Both the position numbers and the translations under genes were made by a program. Below the pieces are notes generated by a model that was given only the letters and a program-made list of their open reading frames with translations, did no database searches and was not told the DNA's origin. Below, one piece after another: positions 1 to 13,277 of a DNA stretch of 64,000 bases. Location: NCBI GenBank assembly GCA_028534125.1, contig CM052817.1, forward strand, positions 51,338,001 to 51,402,000. The letters run 5' to 3'. Numbering within the stretch: the stretch's first letter is position 1; each line of letters opens with the position of its first letter. The stretch comes from Lama glama. Lineage: Eukaryota.

Positions 1-3000
1 AAGCAACTCCCATAAGACAATCAGATCAGGTGACTTTTCAGCAAAAACTATGCAGGCCAGAAAGTAGTGGCACAATGTATTCAATGTGATGAAAGGAAAA
101 AAATATACAACCAAGAATATTCTACCTGTCAAAGCCATCATTCACATTTGAAGGAGAGATAAAGAGTTTCACAGACAAGCAAAAATGCAAAGAAAGAACT
201 CAGCACCACTATGCTAGCTTTACAAGATATGTTAAAGGAACTTCACTAAACGGAAAATAAAGGGCCACAAACAGAATTATGAAAAGTATGAAAGGAAAAA
301 TCTCATCGGTAAAGGCAAATATACAGTGAAGGTAGAATATCAACCACTTATGAAACTAGTAGGAAGGTTGAAAAACATAAGGAATAAAATTATCTCTATC
401 CATGATAAGTAGTTAAGGGATGAACAAAACAAAAACATGTAAAATATGTCAAAAACATTAAACATCTGGAAGGGAGTGAAAATGCAGGGTTGTTAGAATA
501 TGTTCAAACTTAAAAGATCATCAAATTAAAATAATCACATATAAATACAGGTTGTTATATATGAACCTAACGGTAACCACAAACCAAACACTTACAATAG
601 GTACACACACAAAAAAGAGAAAGGAATCCAAGTATAACACCACAGATAGTCATCAAATCACAAGGAAAGATGGCAAAGAGAAAAGGAACAAAAAAACAAA
701 AAAGAACTACAAAAACAAACAGAAAACAATGAACAAGATGGCAATCAGTACATACCTATTAATCAGCACCTTAAATATAAATGGACTAAATGCTTCAATC
801 AAAAGACACAGAGTGGCTGAATGGATACAAAAATCAAGGCCCATATATATGCTGCCTATAAGAGACTCACTTCAGATCTAAAGACACACACAGACTGAAA
901 GGGAGGGGAGGAAAAAACGTATTCCAGGTAAATATACACAAAAAAGAAAGCTAGGTAGCAATACTTAAACTCGCAAAATACACTTCAAAACAAAGACCAT
1001 GATAAGAGACATAGAAGGAAATTACATAATGATAAAGGGATCAATCTAACAAGAAGATATAACAATTTTTAAGTATCGATGTACCCAAAATAGAAGCAAC
1101 TAAATATGTAAACCAAATATTAGCAACAATAAAGGGGAAATTAACAGTAATGCAATAATAGTAGGAGATTTTAACAGCCTATTTACATTAATGGACAGAT
1201 AATACAGACAGCAAATCAGAAAAGGAAGCAACCACATTAAACACCACATTGGTTCAAACAGATATATACAATACATTTCATCCAAAATCAGTGGCATGCA
1301 CATTCTTTTCAAGTGCACATGAAACACTTTCCAGAGTAAATCACATGCTAGGCCACAAAGCAAGAAGATGGGAAATTAAACTTAAGAAAATTGAAATTTA
1401 CCAAGCACATACACACACACACACGCACACGAACATGCACACACACACACACACACACAATTACAGGCCAATATCACTGATGAACATAGATACAAAAATT
1501 CTCAAAAAACAATAGCAAATCAAATTCAGAAATACATTAAAAAGAACGTATACAATGATCAAGCAGGATTTATTCCAGGGATGCAAGGATCGCTCAGTAT
1601 GTACAAATTAATCAATGTGATACAACATATTAACAAATTAAAGAACAAAAATTATATGATCAACTTAATAGATGAAGGAAAAGCAATTAACCAAATTCAA
1701 CATATAATCACAATAAAAACTCTCAAAAAAGTGGATATAGAGGGAACATAACTTAATATGATAAAGACCGTATATGACAAAACTACAGCCAATATCATAT
1801 TCAACAGTGAATACCTGAAAGTATCTCCTCTAAGACAAGTAACAAGACAAAGATGCCCACTCTTGCCATTTTTATTAAACATAGTATTGGAAGTTCCACC
1901 CACAGCAGACAAGAAAAAGAAATAAAAGGAATCAAAATTGGAAAGAAAGAAGTAAAACTGTCACTGTTTATAGATGACATGATACTATATATAGTATCCT
2001 AAAGATGCCACCAAAAAATTATTAGAACTAATAAATAAATTCAGTAAATTTGCAGAAAACAAAATTAATACGCAAAAATCTGTAGTATTCTATTCACTAA
2101 TAGTGAACTATCAGAAAGAGAGATAGAGAAAACAATCCCATTTACATCAAAAAAAAGAATAAAATATCTAGAAATAAATCTAACCAAGGAAATAAAAAAC
2201 TTATATTCTTAAAACTATAAGACATTAATGAAATAAGTTGAAGAAAACACAAAGAAATGGAAAGATACACTGTGCTCATGGGCTTGAAGAATTAGTCAAA
2301 ATGACCATACATCTCAAGGCAATCTACAGCTGTAACGCAATTCCTATTAAAATACCTACAGCATTTTTCACAGAACGAGAATAACTGTCAGATTTGTATG
2401 GAGACACAAAAGAACTCAAAGTCAAAGCAATCTTAAGAAAGAAGAACAAAGCTGGAAATACCACACTTCATTATTTCAAACTATACTACAAAGACGCAGT
2501 AATCAAACCAGTACTAGACATATAGATGAATGGAGCAGAATAAAGACACTCAAACTCATTCTTATATGGTCAATTAATCGATCACAAGGTAGGCAAGAAT
2601 ATAAAATAGGGAAAAGACAGTCTCTTAACTAAATGGCATTGGGAAAACTAAACAGCTACATAAAAAAAAATCAAACTGAACTATTTTCTCACACTATATA
2701 CAAAAATCAGTACAAAATGATTGAAGACTTAAATCTAAGACCTGAAATCATAAAATGCCTAGAAGAAAACATAGGCTATGTTCTCCTTGACATCAGCCTT
2801 AGAAATATTTTTTTTGCACTTGTCTCCTCAGGCCAGGGAAAGAAAAGCAAAAATAAACAAACAGGACCACATCAAACTAAAAGGTTTTGCACAGTGAAGT
2901 AAACTATTTAAAAAAAAAAAGGCAGACTACTAAATGAGAGAAGATATTTACAGACAATATATTTGATAAGGTGTTACTATTCAGAATATACAAAAAATCA

Positions 3001-3209
3001 TACAACTCAGCTTCAGAAAAACAAAGAACCTAAATAAAAAATAAATGGCGGACCCTAACAGACATTTTCCCAAGGAAAACATACAGATGGACAACATACA
3101 GGTAAGATGATTTTTAATATCCCTAATAATCAGGGAAATGCAAATCAAAACCACAATGAGATACCACATCACAAATGTCAGAATGGCTATTATCAAAAAG
3201 ACAACAAAT
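1..3209 (+). mobile_element. Old degraded LINE-1 (ORF1 end, inter-ORF region, ORF2), 5' part; has an internal deletion
   Basis: ORF2 endonuclease start in the 552-881 ORF (YLLISTLNINGLNASIKRHRVAEWIQK), RT-region motif NYRPISLMNIDTKIL at ~1460, many stops and frameshifts. Confidence 0.95.
1406..1459. repeat. Imperfect (CA)n microsatellite at the L1 deletion junction
   Basis: Directly visible CA run. Confidence 0.95.
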
Positions 3210-5799
3210 CTCAAGCATCTTTACTGAACACAATGCCATGAAACTAGAAATCAACTACAGAGAAACAAAGGAGAAAAAAAGGAAAGCATGGAGATTAAAG
3301 AACATGCTATTAAAAGCACAATGGGTCAACAAAGAAATCAAAGTTGAAATTAAAAAAAAACCTTCAGACAAATGAAAATGAAAATACAACCACACAAAAT
3401 TTATGGGACACAGTGCTAAGAGGGAAGTTTATAGCGATACAGACCTTCCTCAAAAAAGAACAATCTCAAATAAATAATTTAATACACCAGCTAAAAGAAT
3501 TAGAAAAAGAAGAGCAAAAAACCCCAAGAGGCAGGAGAAGGAAGGAAATAATAAAGGTCAGGGAGGAAATAAACAAAATAGAGATTAAAAAAACATAGAA
3601 AAAAATCAATAAACCCAAAAGCTGGTGTTTTGAAAAAGTAAATAAAATCAACAAAACTCTGGTCAAACTCACAAAGAAGAAAAGAGAGTACAAATAAGCA
3701 AAGTAAGAAAGGAAAATGGAGAAATCACAACAAATGACATAGAAATACAAAATATCATATGAGAATATTATGAAAAACTATATGGAAACAAAATGGATAA
3801 CCTAGAGGAGATGGACAAATTTCTGGAAACATACAGTCCACCAAGACTGAACCAAGAAGAAACTGACCACTTCAACAAACAAATCACTAGAAATGAAATC
3901 GAATTAGCAATAAAAAACCTCCCTACAAATAAAAGTCCAGGATTGGATGGTTTCACCGGGGAATTCTACCAAACATACAAAGAAGAACTCATACCAGTAC
4001 TTCTCAAACTCTTCCAGAAGACTGAAAAGGAGGGAATACTCCTAAACTCATTCTATGAAGCCACCATCACCCTGATACCAAAATCAGGCAAAGATACTAC
4101 CAAAAAAGAGAATTGTAGGCCAACATCACTGATGAACGTAGATGCCAAAATCCTCACCAAAATATTAGCAAATAAAATCCAACAGCACATAAAAAAGATT
4201 ATACATCATGACCAAGTGGGGTTCATCCAAGGGACACAAGGGTGGTANNNNNNNNNNNNNNNNNNNNNNNNNNNNNNNNNNNNNNNNNNNNNNNNNNNNN
4301 NNNNNNNNNNNNNNNNNNNNNNNNNNNNNNNNNNNNNNNNNNNNNNNNNNNNNNNNNNNNNNNNNNNNNNNNNNNNNNNNNNNNNNNNNNNNNNNNNNNN
4401 NNNNNNNNNNNNNNNNNNNNNNNNNNNNNNNNNNNNNNNNNNNNNNNNNNNNNNNNNNNNNNNNNNNNNNNNNNNNNNNNNNNNNNNNNNNNNNNNNNNN
4501 NNNNNNNNNNNNNNNNNNNNNNNNNNNNNNNNNNNNNNNNNNNNNNNNNNNNNNNNNNNNNNNNNNNNNNNNNNNNNNNNNNNNNNNNNNNNNNNNNNNN
4601 NNNNNNNNNNNNNNNNNNNNNNNNNNNNNNNNNNNNNNNNNNNNNNNNNNNNNNNNNNNNNNNNNNNNNNNNNNNNNNNNNNNNNNNNNNNNNNNNNNNN
4701 NNNNNNNNNNNNNNNNNNNNNNNNNNNNNNNNNNNNNNNNNNNNNNNACCTATGGAATAGGAGAACATTTTTGCAAATGAAACCGACAAAGTCTTGATCT
4801 CCAGAATATATAAGCAGCTCATACGACTCTATAAGAAAAAAGCAAACAACCCAATCCAAAAATGGGCAGAAGACCTAAACAAGCAATTCTCCAAGGAAGA
4901 CATACAAATGATTAATAGGCACATGAAAAAATGCTCAATATCACTAATTATCAGAGAAATGCAAATCAAAACTACAATGAGGTATCACCTCACACCAGTT
5001 AGAATGGCCATCATTCATAAATCCACACATGACAAATGCTGGAGAGGCTGTGGAGAAAAGGGAACCCTCTTACACTGCTGGTGGGAATGCAGTTTGGTGC
5101 AGCTACTGTGGAAAACAGTATGGCGATTCCTCAAAAGACTAAGAATAGACTTATCATATGACCCAGGAATCCTGCTCCTGGGCATATATCCAGAAGGAAC
5201 CCTACTTCAGGATGACACCTTCACCCCAATGTTCATAGCAGCACTATTTACAATAGCCAAGACATGGAAACAGCTTAAATGTCCATCAACGAATGACTGG
5301 ATAAAGAAGAAGTGGTATATTTATACAATGGAATACTACTCAGCCATAAAAACCGACAACATAACGCCATTTGCAGCAACATGGATGCTCGTGGAGAATG
5401 TCATTCTAAGTGAAGTAAGCCAGAAGGAGAAAGAAAAATATATATGAGATCACTCATATGTGGAGTCTAAAAATAAATAAATAAACAAACAAACAAACAA
5501 ACAAAACAGAAATACAAAACAGAAACAGATTTCATAGACACAGAATACAAACTTGTGGTTGCCAAGGGTGTGGGGGGTGGGAAGGGATAGACTGGGATTT
5601 CAGAATGTAGAATAGATAAACAAGATTATACTGTATAGCACAGGGAAATATATACAAGATCTTATGGTAGCTCACAGAGAAAAAAATGTGACAATGAATA
5701 TATATATGTTCATGTATAATTGAAAAATTGGGCTCTACACTGGAATTTGACAAAAAATTGTAAAATTATTATAAATCAATAAAAAGTGTTTTAAAAAAA
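3210..5799 (+). mobile_element. Younger 5'-truncated LINE-1 (probably camelid-lineage) nested in the old L1
   Basis: Long ORF2 pieces ([14 protein letters not shown]...[14 protein letters not shown]; ...HCWWEC...[13 protein letters not shown]), 3'UTR ending AATAAA plus short A tail, flanked by TSD aaaaagacaacaaat (3195-3209) / aaaaacacaacaaat (5795-5809). Confidence 0.95.
4248..4747. other. Assembly gap (500 N)
   Basis: N run inside the young L1. Confidence 1.
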
Positions 5800-6712
5800 C
5801 ACAACAAATAACAAGTGTTGGCAGGGATGTGGATAAAAAGAAACACTTGTGCACTGTTGCTGAGATTTGGTGCAGCCACTATGGAAAGCAGTGTGGAGGC
5901 TTCTGACCGTTAGAAATGGAACTGCCATATGATCCATCAATTTCACTTCTGGGTATCTACCTTAAGAAAATAAACACAGTGATTTGAAAAGACAAATGTA
6001 GTCCAATGTTCACTGAAGCATAATTTACAGTAGCCAAAATATGGAAGTAACCTAAATGTTCACTGAGAGATAAATGGATAAAGAAGATGTGGTGGATAAA
6101 TGAAAGAAAGGAAGGAAGGAAAGAAGGAAGGATGGAAGGAAGAGAGAGAGAGAGAGAGAAAGAAAGAAAGAAAGAAGCAAGCAAGAAAGAGAAAGAAAGG
6201 AAGAGAGGAAGAAAGAAGGAAAGAAAGAAAGAAAAGAAAAGGAAAGAATATTACTGAGTTGTGAAATAAATGAAATCTTGCCATTTGTGACAACATGGAT
6301 GGATCTAGAAGGTATTATGCTAAGTGAAATTAGTCAGACAAAGGAAGGCAAATACTGCATGATCTCTCATATGGAATCTAAAAACAAAATAAACACACAA
6401 AACAAAAGGAAAATAGACTTACAGATACCAAGAATAAACTGATGGTTACCAAAAGGGCCACAAGTGGGCAAAGGGGATTACAGGGTACAGACCTCCAGTT
6501 ATAAAACAAATAAGCTATAAGGATATTATATACAGCATAAAGAATATGGTAAATAATATTGTAATAACTTTATACAGGGACAGATGGTTACTAAATTTAT
6601 CATGGTGATCATTTCATAATGTATACAAATGTCAAATCACTATGCAATACACCTGAAACTAATATAATATTGTACATCAACTGTATTTCAATTAAAGTTT
6701 TTTAACTGAAAA
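5800..6712 (+). mobile_element. 3' part of the old LINE-1 (ORF2 end and 3'UTR, L1MA-like)
   Basis: Resumes colinearly after the TSD (acaacaaataacaagtgttggcagggatgtgg); typical 3'UTR ...acacctgaaactaatataatattgta. Confidence 0.9.
6101..6248. repeat. Polypurine compound repeat (GAAA/GGAA/GA)n
   Basis: Directly visible, nearly pure A/G tract inside L1. Confidence 0.95.
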
Positions 6713-7035
6713 AGAAATGAGCTGTCAAGCCATGATAACATGGAGGAAACATCAATACATAAAACAAAGTTCAAGAAGACAATCTGAAGAAGCTACGTAC
6801 TGTATAATACTTTATACGGGAAGGCCAAAATTATAGAGACAATAAAAGGATCAGTGATTGTCACAGAATTGGGGTACAGAAGAAGGAAGGATGAGTAGGT
6901 GCAGCATAGAGGATTTTTAGGGCAGTGAAATGACTCTGTGTGACACTATAATGTTAGATACATCACATTAAATATTTGTCAAAACCTATAGAATGTACAA
7001 CTCCAAGAGGGAACTTTAAAATAAACTACGAACTT
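6708..7035 (+). mobile_element. L1MC-type 3'UTR fragment
   Basis: Motif gaggatttttagggcagtgaaa...tttgtcaaaacctatagaatgtacaac; homologous to 25965-26326 in this window. Confidence 0.8.
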
Positions 7036-9264
7036 CTGAAGATAAAAGAAGAAAAATGTTTATCAATACTGTGTTAACAGCATTATGCATCTACTCAAGA
7101 TTCTTGTTTGAGAGAGACCATGCTCACACAAAGAATAACTCTGTTGAAGACGTTCTTTGTCATGTGCACAGACACACACACACACACACACACACAAATC
7201 ATCTTTACCTCCATTCACTTACCAAACCAAACTGGACTGGGGTCAACTCCACATGCAAAGAGGAAAATGTAAGAAATAAAAGATGCTAGGTCACTGCCTG
7301 TGCTAATGTTATAACTTTTATCAACTGTTCCTAGATATTGATACACATACTAAGACCAAATTTTTATACCGAGAACGTATGTTTATGACCACCATGAATA
7401 ATCAGCATATTTTTATTCTTGTGTTCATGAAACTTTGGAAGAGAAAAAATCTAGAATAAGGGGAAGGTCATCTCCCAATTCCCTACGCAAAAAGTTCTTT
7501 TCTTTGTTTATAGGACATAACCACATTACCATTTATAATCCTCTAAAATAGAGCTTCTTCCAAATAGCTTTGTATTTCTCATTAGTAACTGTATATCCTA
7601 TAATACACCACAGAGTACTTGCAAGCACTAGCACTCATGAAATACTTTTGAATTACGCATTGGCTAAAAGAAATAAATGAATAATAACACAAGAAATCAT
7701 ATATTATCTGTGGAAGATAAACCAATTTTTGTCTATTTTCAAATAATCAGGATAGCTTTACTGTTCTTTTCATTCATTTGTAGTCTTTCCCTACTCTTTG
7801 ACTAATTCAATATTCTATTCCAAGACTGATTAAAATTTTATTGCTAGTAACAATGGGTAAAAAAAGTAATATATTGAAATGAATTATTGCTCATAGAAGT
7901 AAATATGTTAGTTTCTCTTAATAATTGCATTCTTTTTTTTACAATTCATGTTCATAGAATATGGTCATAGAATTTTTACTGACTTAATCAGCTTGCCAAA
8001 AAACAAATGGTCACTGAAAATGTCAGTCAAATTAGTTGCCTCTTTAAATTGATGAGTCAATTCTGCTTAAATGGATACTCTACTACACAATTATTCACAG
8101 AGCCTTTGTAGCTGTAAAAGAACTAACTTCAAGCCAAAAGAAGTTACTGAATTTAAGAATGAATGGCTCTTCCTGTATGAATGTAATGCTCTATTTACAA
8201 TCAAATCTGATAAGATGTTAATTAGTTCCCTGATTTATTTCTGAGCTAGCTGATGCATAATAGAGTACAACTTAATTCAGTGCCCCTGTTTCTTGCAAGA
8301 TAAGTGTCAAAGTATATTATTCTAAGAAATTGATTGACGTAATAAGTAATACATAGAATTTTAAATTAAAATTTACAAATCTAACATATACAATTACCCT
8401 GTCCCGGTTAAATCAGTATTGTAGGTACGGAAATCTGTACTTGTGTAGATTGATGGTTTTTCAGAGAAATGACCTACAATGTCAAAAGAAACATTAGAGA
8501 ATGGAAGTCTTCAAGGAAAATGATCCTGTGATTGCTTTCACATTGAGGTCTTTTCTCATCTTTCTCAGCTGAAGCAGCTTGTGAAGATTGCTGACAGGAA
8601 AAAAAGTTACAGAAAAAAATTCAGACCATCTAAAGAATTTGTTTTTGATACAACCATGTGGAAGGGAAAGACCATGATATGAGTGGGTAAGTAGACACTA
8701 GCAGTGAGTGTGTAACAGAACTTTCCTAGTACTTCTTCAAGTGTTCTCATGAAACAAATTAGGACAGCTTTACCCTAGGGGAAGAACAAAAAACTGGGAT
8801 AAGGACTTGCTTTAACTTATCTGTAGGCAGGCACCACTTTTCACCTACAATTCAAAGTAACAGGATAGAATTTTTGGCATCTTCTGACCACTCTGGCTCC
8901 CTGTGGGAGTACGGAAAGAATCACTCCTCCTTCCAACTTATTATACCCATTATAACCCATGGTAAATTAAAACACTCTTAGCTCTAGAGCCTCATTTGCT
9001 CTGTTTGTTCTGTTCTCTTTTAATGTGCCTTACATATCACTTTCCATTATGCCAAACAGAAATGTAAAAGAAATTAAGTATTTTAGATAGTACTCCCCAG
9101 CTTGGTTTCTAGCCCATCTTCTTAAGGCATATTCTTTTTTGGCATACTTTGTAAAGTGTGTTTTACTTGTAGCAGGTTAGATGCTATATGTTTAAAAACC
9201 TTGGATTTTTATACAAAAATGTACTGCTGATTCCTAAAAGCAACTCAGAGCAGAACTTTATTTG

Positions 9265-9480
9265 CTTAGTCAACAAATATTTATTGAACATAAACAATGA
9301 ACCAGGCATTACTCTAATTTAGAAGTGTTCTGCCCCTATAAGTTAAATTACTGTACAAAAAATAAATAAACACACAATTATAATACAACATAATGAGAGA
9401 TATTATCCTTAAAGTAAAATACTATGCAGAAGGAAGTATAGCTAACTGTCTCAAGAAAATAAGAAAAAGTCAGTCATGGT
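9265..9480 (-). mobile_element. L2 3'-end fragment
   Basis: caacaaatatttattgaac...ccaggca matches the antisense L2 3' terminus. Confidence 0.65.
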
Positions 9481-9645
9481 TTGTTGAATGAATGCACTCA
9501 CACAGATCATAAGAATTCAATTAAATCTTAAAGACTAAATAACAATTCCCATTAAGAAGACTAGAAACAACCCAAAGAAAAACAATCACAAGGAATGTGA
9601 ACAGACTAAATAGATAGAAGAGAGGTAGGTAGAGAGATAGACAGA

Positions 9646-9676
<31 letters not shown>

Positions 9677-9731
9677 AAGGGACAGAGAGAGAGAGAGAAA
9701 GGGGGGGGGGAGAGGGAGGAGAGGGAGAGAG
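9646..9731. repeat. Compound (GT)n(GA)n / G-rich microsatellite
   Basis: Directly visible. Confidence 0.95.
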
Positions 9732-10889
9732 CACAAGCATGGAGCTCAGTGTGCAACTCCAAGGTCACAGTATGACCAGTTCATTGGTTACTCATTAAAT
9801 GGTTTTGTTTACTTCAAAGCCCATGCACTTCTCATTGAGACTTTAGATTCCTCCTTTTGAATATGTTTTTGGTGGGGATATAAAAAAAGAAAAATGTATG
9901 ATGCTGGATATAAAGGTCCACATCATGTAAATGATTTGCATTTATTTTGTAGAATATAGGAGCTAATAGTCATTTTTATGCAATAAAATGACATAATCTG
10001 TTTTTTCTTTTTAGTTATTACAATAAATATTTAGGACAGAGGAGAAGGGAGCAAAACCAAAAGTTAAAAGATAACGATGATGACAGCTGTATAGAGGACA
10101 ATGGTCCTTATAGAAAGCAGATTATGAATTTTACAGAAATTTCATAGGTACAACTTGGACTTAGACATCTACTGGGTTTAGGGACATGAGACAATGTAAA
10201 ATATTTTTACACAACTCTTTGTTTTTGCATATACTGTTTTCACTTGTGAAATTCAACATTTCAAATTTTATCTCTTCTCTAAAGATACTGATGACCACTT
10301 AGCCCCCAGTTAAGTAATTGGGCATTGCTTTTACAAAGAAACATTTCTCCATTACAGCACTTTTGCCACTGTTCTTCTGACTACTTAAAGGCAGGTAATT
10401 TTTGTGATTTTAAATTTATTATTCCTAGAATTTAGTATGCTACATAGAAAATAAAACATACTCAATTGTTTGTCATGAATAAAATTTATTTAAGTAAATG
10501 AAAAATTTCAAGAATAAATGGCTAAAAATTGAATGGGTGATGATGCTATTACCTAAAAGATAAGGAGAAGAAATATGTTGTGGGAGACAGAGGTATTTAT
10601 TTTTGTCTGTTACGAATATTTTGGAACATTAAAACAAATACTTCAAAGAAATAGTTGTGAATATCATGTAGAATATTTGAAAAATTTTAAAGTGAAGATA
10701 TAGATTTAGAAATCAGCAATTCAAAGACAGTTATTTACAGCCATGATGGTTAAATGGGATAACTAAGGAAGAACACATAAATCAACAAAAATAGGAGAGC
10801 TTTGGTAGAAACTTGACCAAAACCAATACAATGAGATGGATACAGGAAAGGATTCAGAGACTCAGAATGATGAATTCAAAAAAGAACAT

Positions 10890-11836
10890 AAGACTGACAC
10901 ATCATGGGCAATTAATCTTTGACAAAGGAGAGAAGAATATACAATGAAGAGATGTCTCTTTAGTAAATGGTATAGTGAAAACTAGACAGCCATATGTAAA
11001 TTAATGAAGTGAGAACACTCCCTCACACAATACACAAAAATAAACTCTAAACGGCTTAAAGACAAATATAATTTATGATACCATAAAACTCCTAGAAGAG
11101 AACATAGGCAAAACATTCTCTGACATAAATCATACCACCAATGTTTTGTTAGTTCTGTCTCCCAAGGCAAAAGAAATAAGAACAAAATTAAATAAATGAG
11201 ACCTAATCAAACTTTTAAGCTTTTCTACAGCAAAGAAAACCATAAACAAAATGAAAAGACAATCTACAGACTGGGAGAAAACAATTGCAAACAAGGTGAC
11301 TGACAAAGGCTTAATTTCCAAAACATACAATCAGGTCATTCAACTCAATAACAAAAAAATAAACAATCCAATCAAAAAATTGGCAGAAGAGCTAAATGGG
11401 CATTTCTCCAAAGAAGACATACAGATGGCCAGAAGGCACATGAAAAGATGCTCAACATTGTTAATTATTAGAGAAGTGCAAATCAGAACCACAATGAGGG
11501 ATCACCTCACACTGGTCAGAGTGGGCATCATCAAAAAGTCTACAAATAATAAATGCTGAAGAGGGTACAAAGAGGGAACCCTCCTACACTGAAGGTGGGA
11601 ATGTAAATAGGTGTAGCCAGTATGCTGTACATAGTATGGAAGTTCCTTAAAAAAACTGAAAATAGAGTTACCATATGGATCAGCAATCCCATTTCTGGGC
11701 ATGTATCCGAAAAAGATGAAAACTCTAATTTGAAGTGAAACACGCACCCCAATGTTCATAACAGCACTATTTACAATTGACAAGACATGGAACCAACCTA
11801 GAGTGTCCATCAATGGATGGATGGATAAAGAAGATG

Positions 11837-11884
<48 letters not shown>

Positions 11885-12360
11885 TTATACACACACATAC
11901 ACACAGAAAATGGAATACTAAGTACCCACAAAAAAAAAAAAGCAGCACCATGGATGGACCTAGGCATTATCATACTAAGTGAAGTAAATAGGACAGAGAA
12001 AGACAAATACTGTACAATATCACTTACACATGGAATCTAAAAAATAGTACAAATGAACTTATTTACAAAACAGAAATAGACCCACTGACACAGAAAACAA
12101 ACTTATGGTTTCCAAAGGGGACGTGGGGAGGGATAAATTAGGAGTATGTGATTAACAGAAAAAGACTACCATATATAAAACAGATAAACAACAAGGATTT
12201 ACTATATAGCACAGGAAAATATATTCAGTATCTTTTAATAACCTATAATGGAAACACAATTTTTAAAGAATATATATATGTGTATAACCAAATCACTTTG
12301 CTATACACCTGAAACTAACACAACAATGTGTATCAACCATATTTCAATTAAAAAAAAAGA
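10890..12360 (+). mobile_element. 5'-truncated LINE-1 (ORF2 C-terminus, 3'UTR, A tail)
   Basis: [24 protein letters not shown]...[10 protein letters not shown]; 3'UTR ends tatttcaattaaaaaaaaa. The flanks resemble degraded antisense L2. Confidence 0.92.
11838..11881. repeat. (TA)n microsatellite
   Basis: Directly visible. Confidence 0.98.
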
Positions 12361-13277
12361 ATACGTGTTTTGCTGTACTAAGTCTTAGGGACAAAAATAT
12401 TTTCTGTTACCAAAGACAGTGGAAGACACAAGAAAATAGGAATAAAGCAGAATAGGATGTCATAGATTTTTAATGGCGATATCCACAAACTTAGAAGGCA
12501 AATTGTTCCAACTAGATGGGTCATAAAAGCCATATGCAAAGATATATTAGTAGGATTACTGTGTTAGATAACTGACAGTGATCCAAGTAAAGCTGGAGGT
12601 TTAAGCCCTGAGAACACCTCGTAGAAAGAAGAGGAGTAAGAAAATCAGAGTTTGTTGAGGAACCTACAAGTGTTAGAACAAATGGATCATGGACTCTAAG
12701 AGGCTGAAAATTAAATGAAAGTCATATCATGAACAACCCTCTATTAGATGCTAAGGTGTTCTGGCTTTGTCCTAATAGTTTTAAGTAAACATGGCTTTTT
12801 AAAAAAAATTATGCATAGAAGTTACATGCTCAGATTTTCATTTCACAAATACCACTATGTCATAATCATGACAGTGGGGAAAATGGGAGGCAAGAAGTTT
12901 CTTTAGGAAGCTGATTCTTCTCTCAAGATATGAAATCATGAAATTCAGAACTAAGATCGTCAGCATATAGAAACAATGCCAGCCTGTGGAGTTGCAGAAG
13001 AGAAAGCAAAATGAAAGGATTTAGGGATCTGTACAGAGCCTCTGGCAAGTCTCAATATCTCAGAGCTCAAGGGTTTTGAACAAAACTGTAAATCTTCTGC
13101 AAATAACTCTTCTACTTTTAAGAAACAGACTTTCGTTTGCTGTTCAGCCCTGGCTAGGAATCTAAAATTCTGCAAACTGTTCTGTTCTTTATGAACTGGG
13201 TATTAACTGATCCAGAAAGGCACAAATACGGAATGTGCAGCAACATTCCTTCATCAAGTGGAAGCAGTATGTACAAA

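Noticed and set aside
3793..4859. Long ORFs (172-334 aa) across the first gap
   Set aside because: Length comes from N read-through; the real residues are L1 ORF2 fragments.
7010..7056. Strong minus-strand acceptor (tttttcttcttttatcttcAG) at 7036
   Set aside because: The would-be exon lies entirely in L1MC sequence and no matching donor was identified.
11502..12040. Several overlapping ORFs with IYIYIY runs
   Set aside because: Translation of (TA)n inside an L1.
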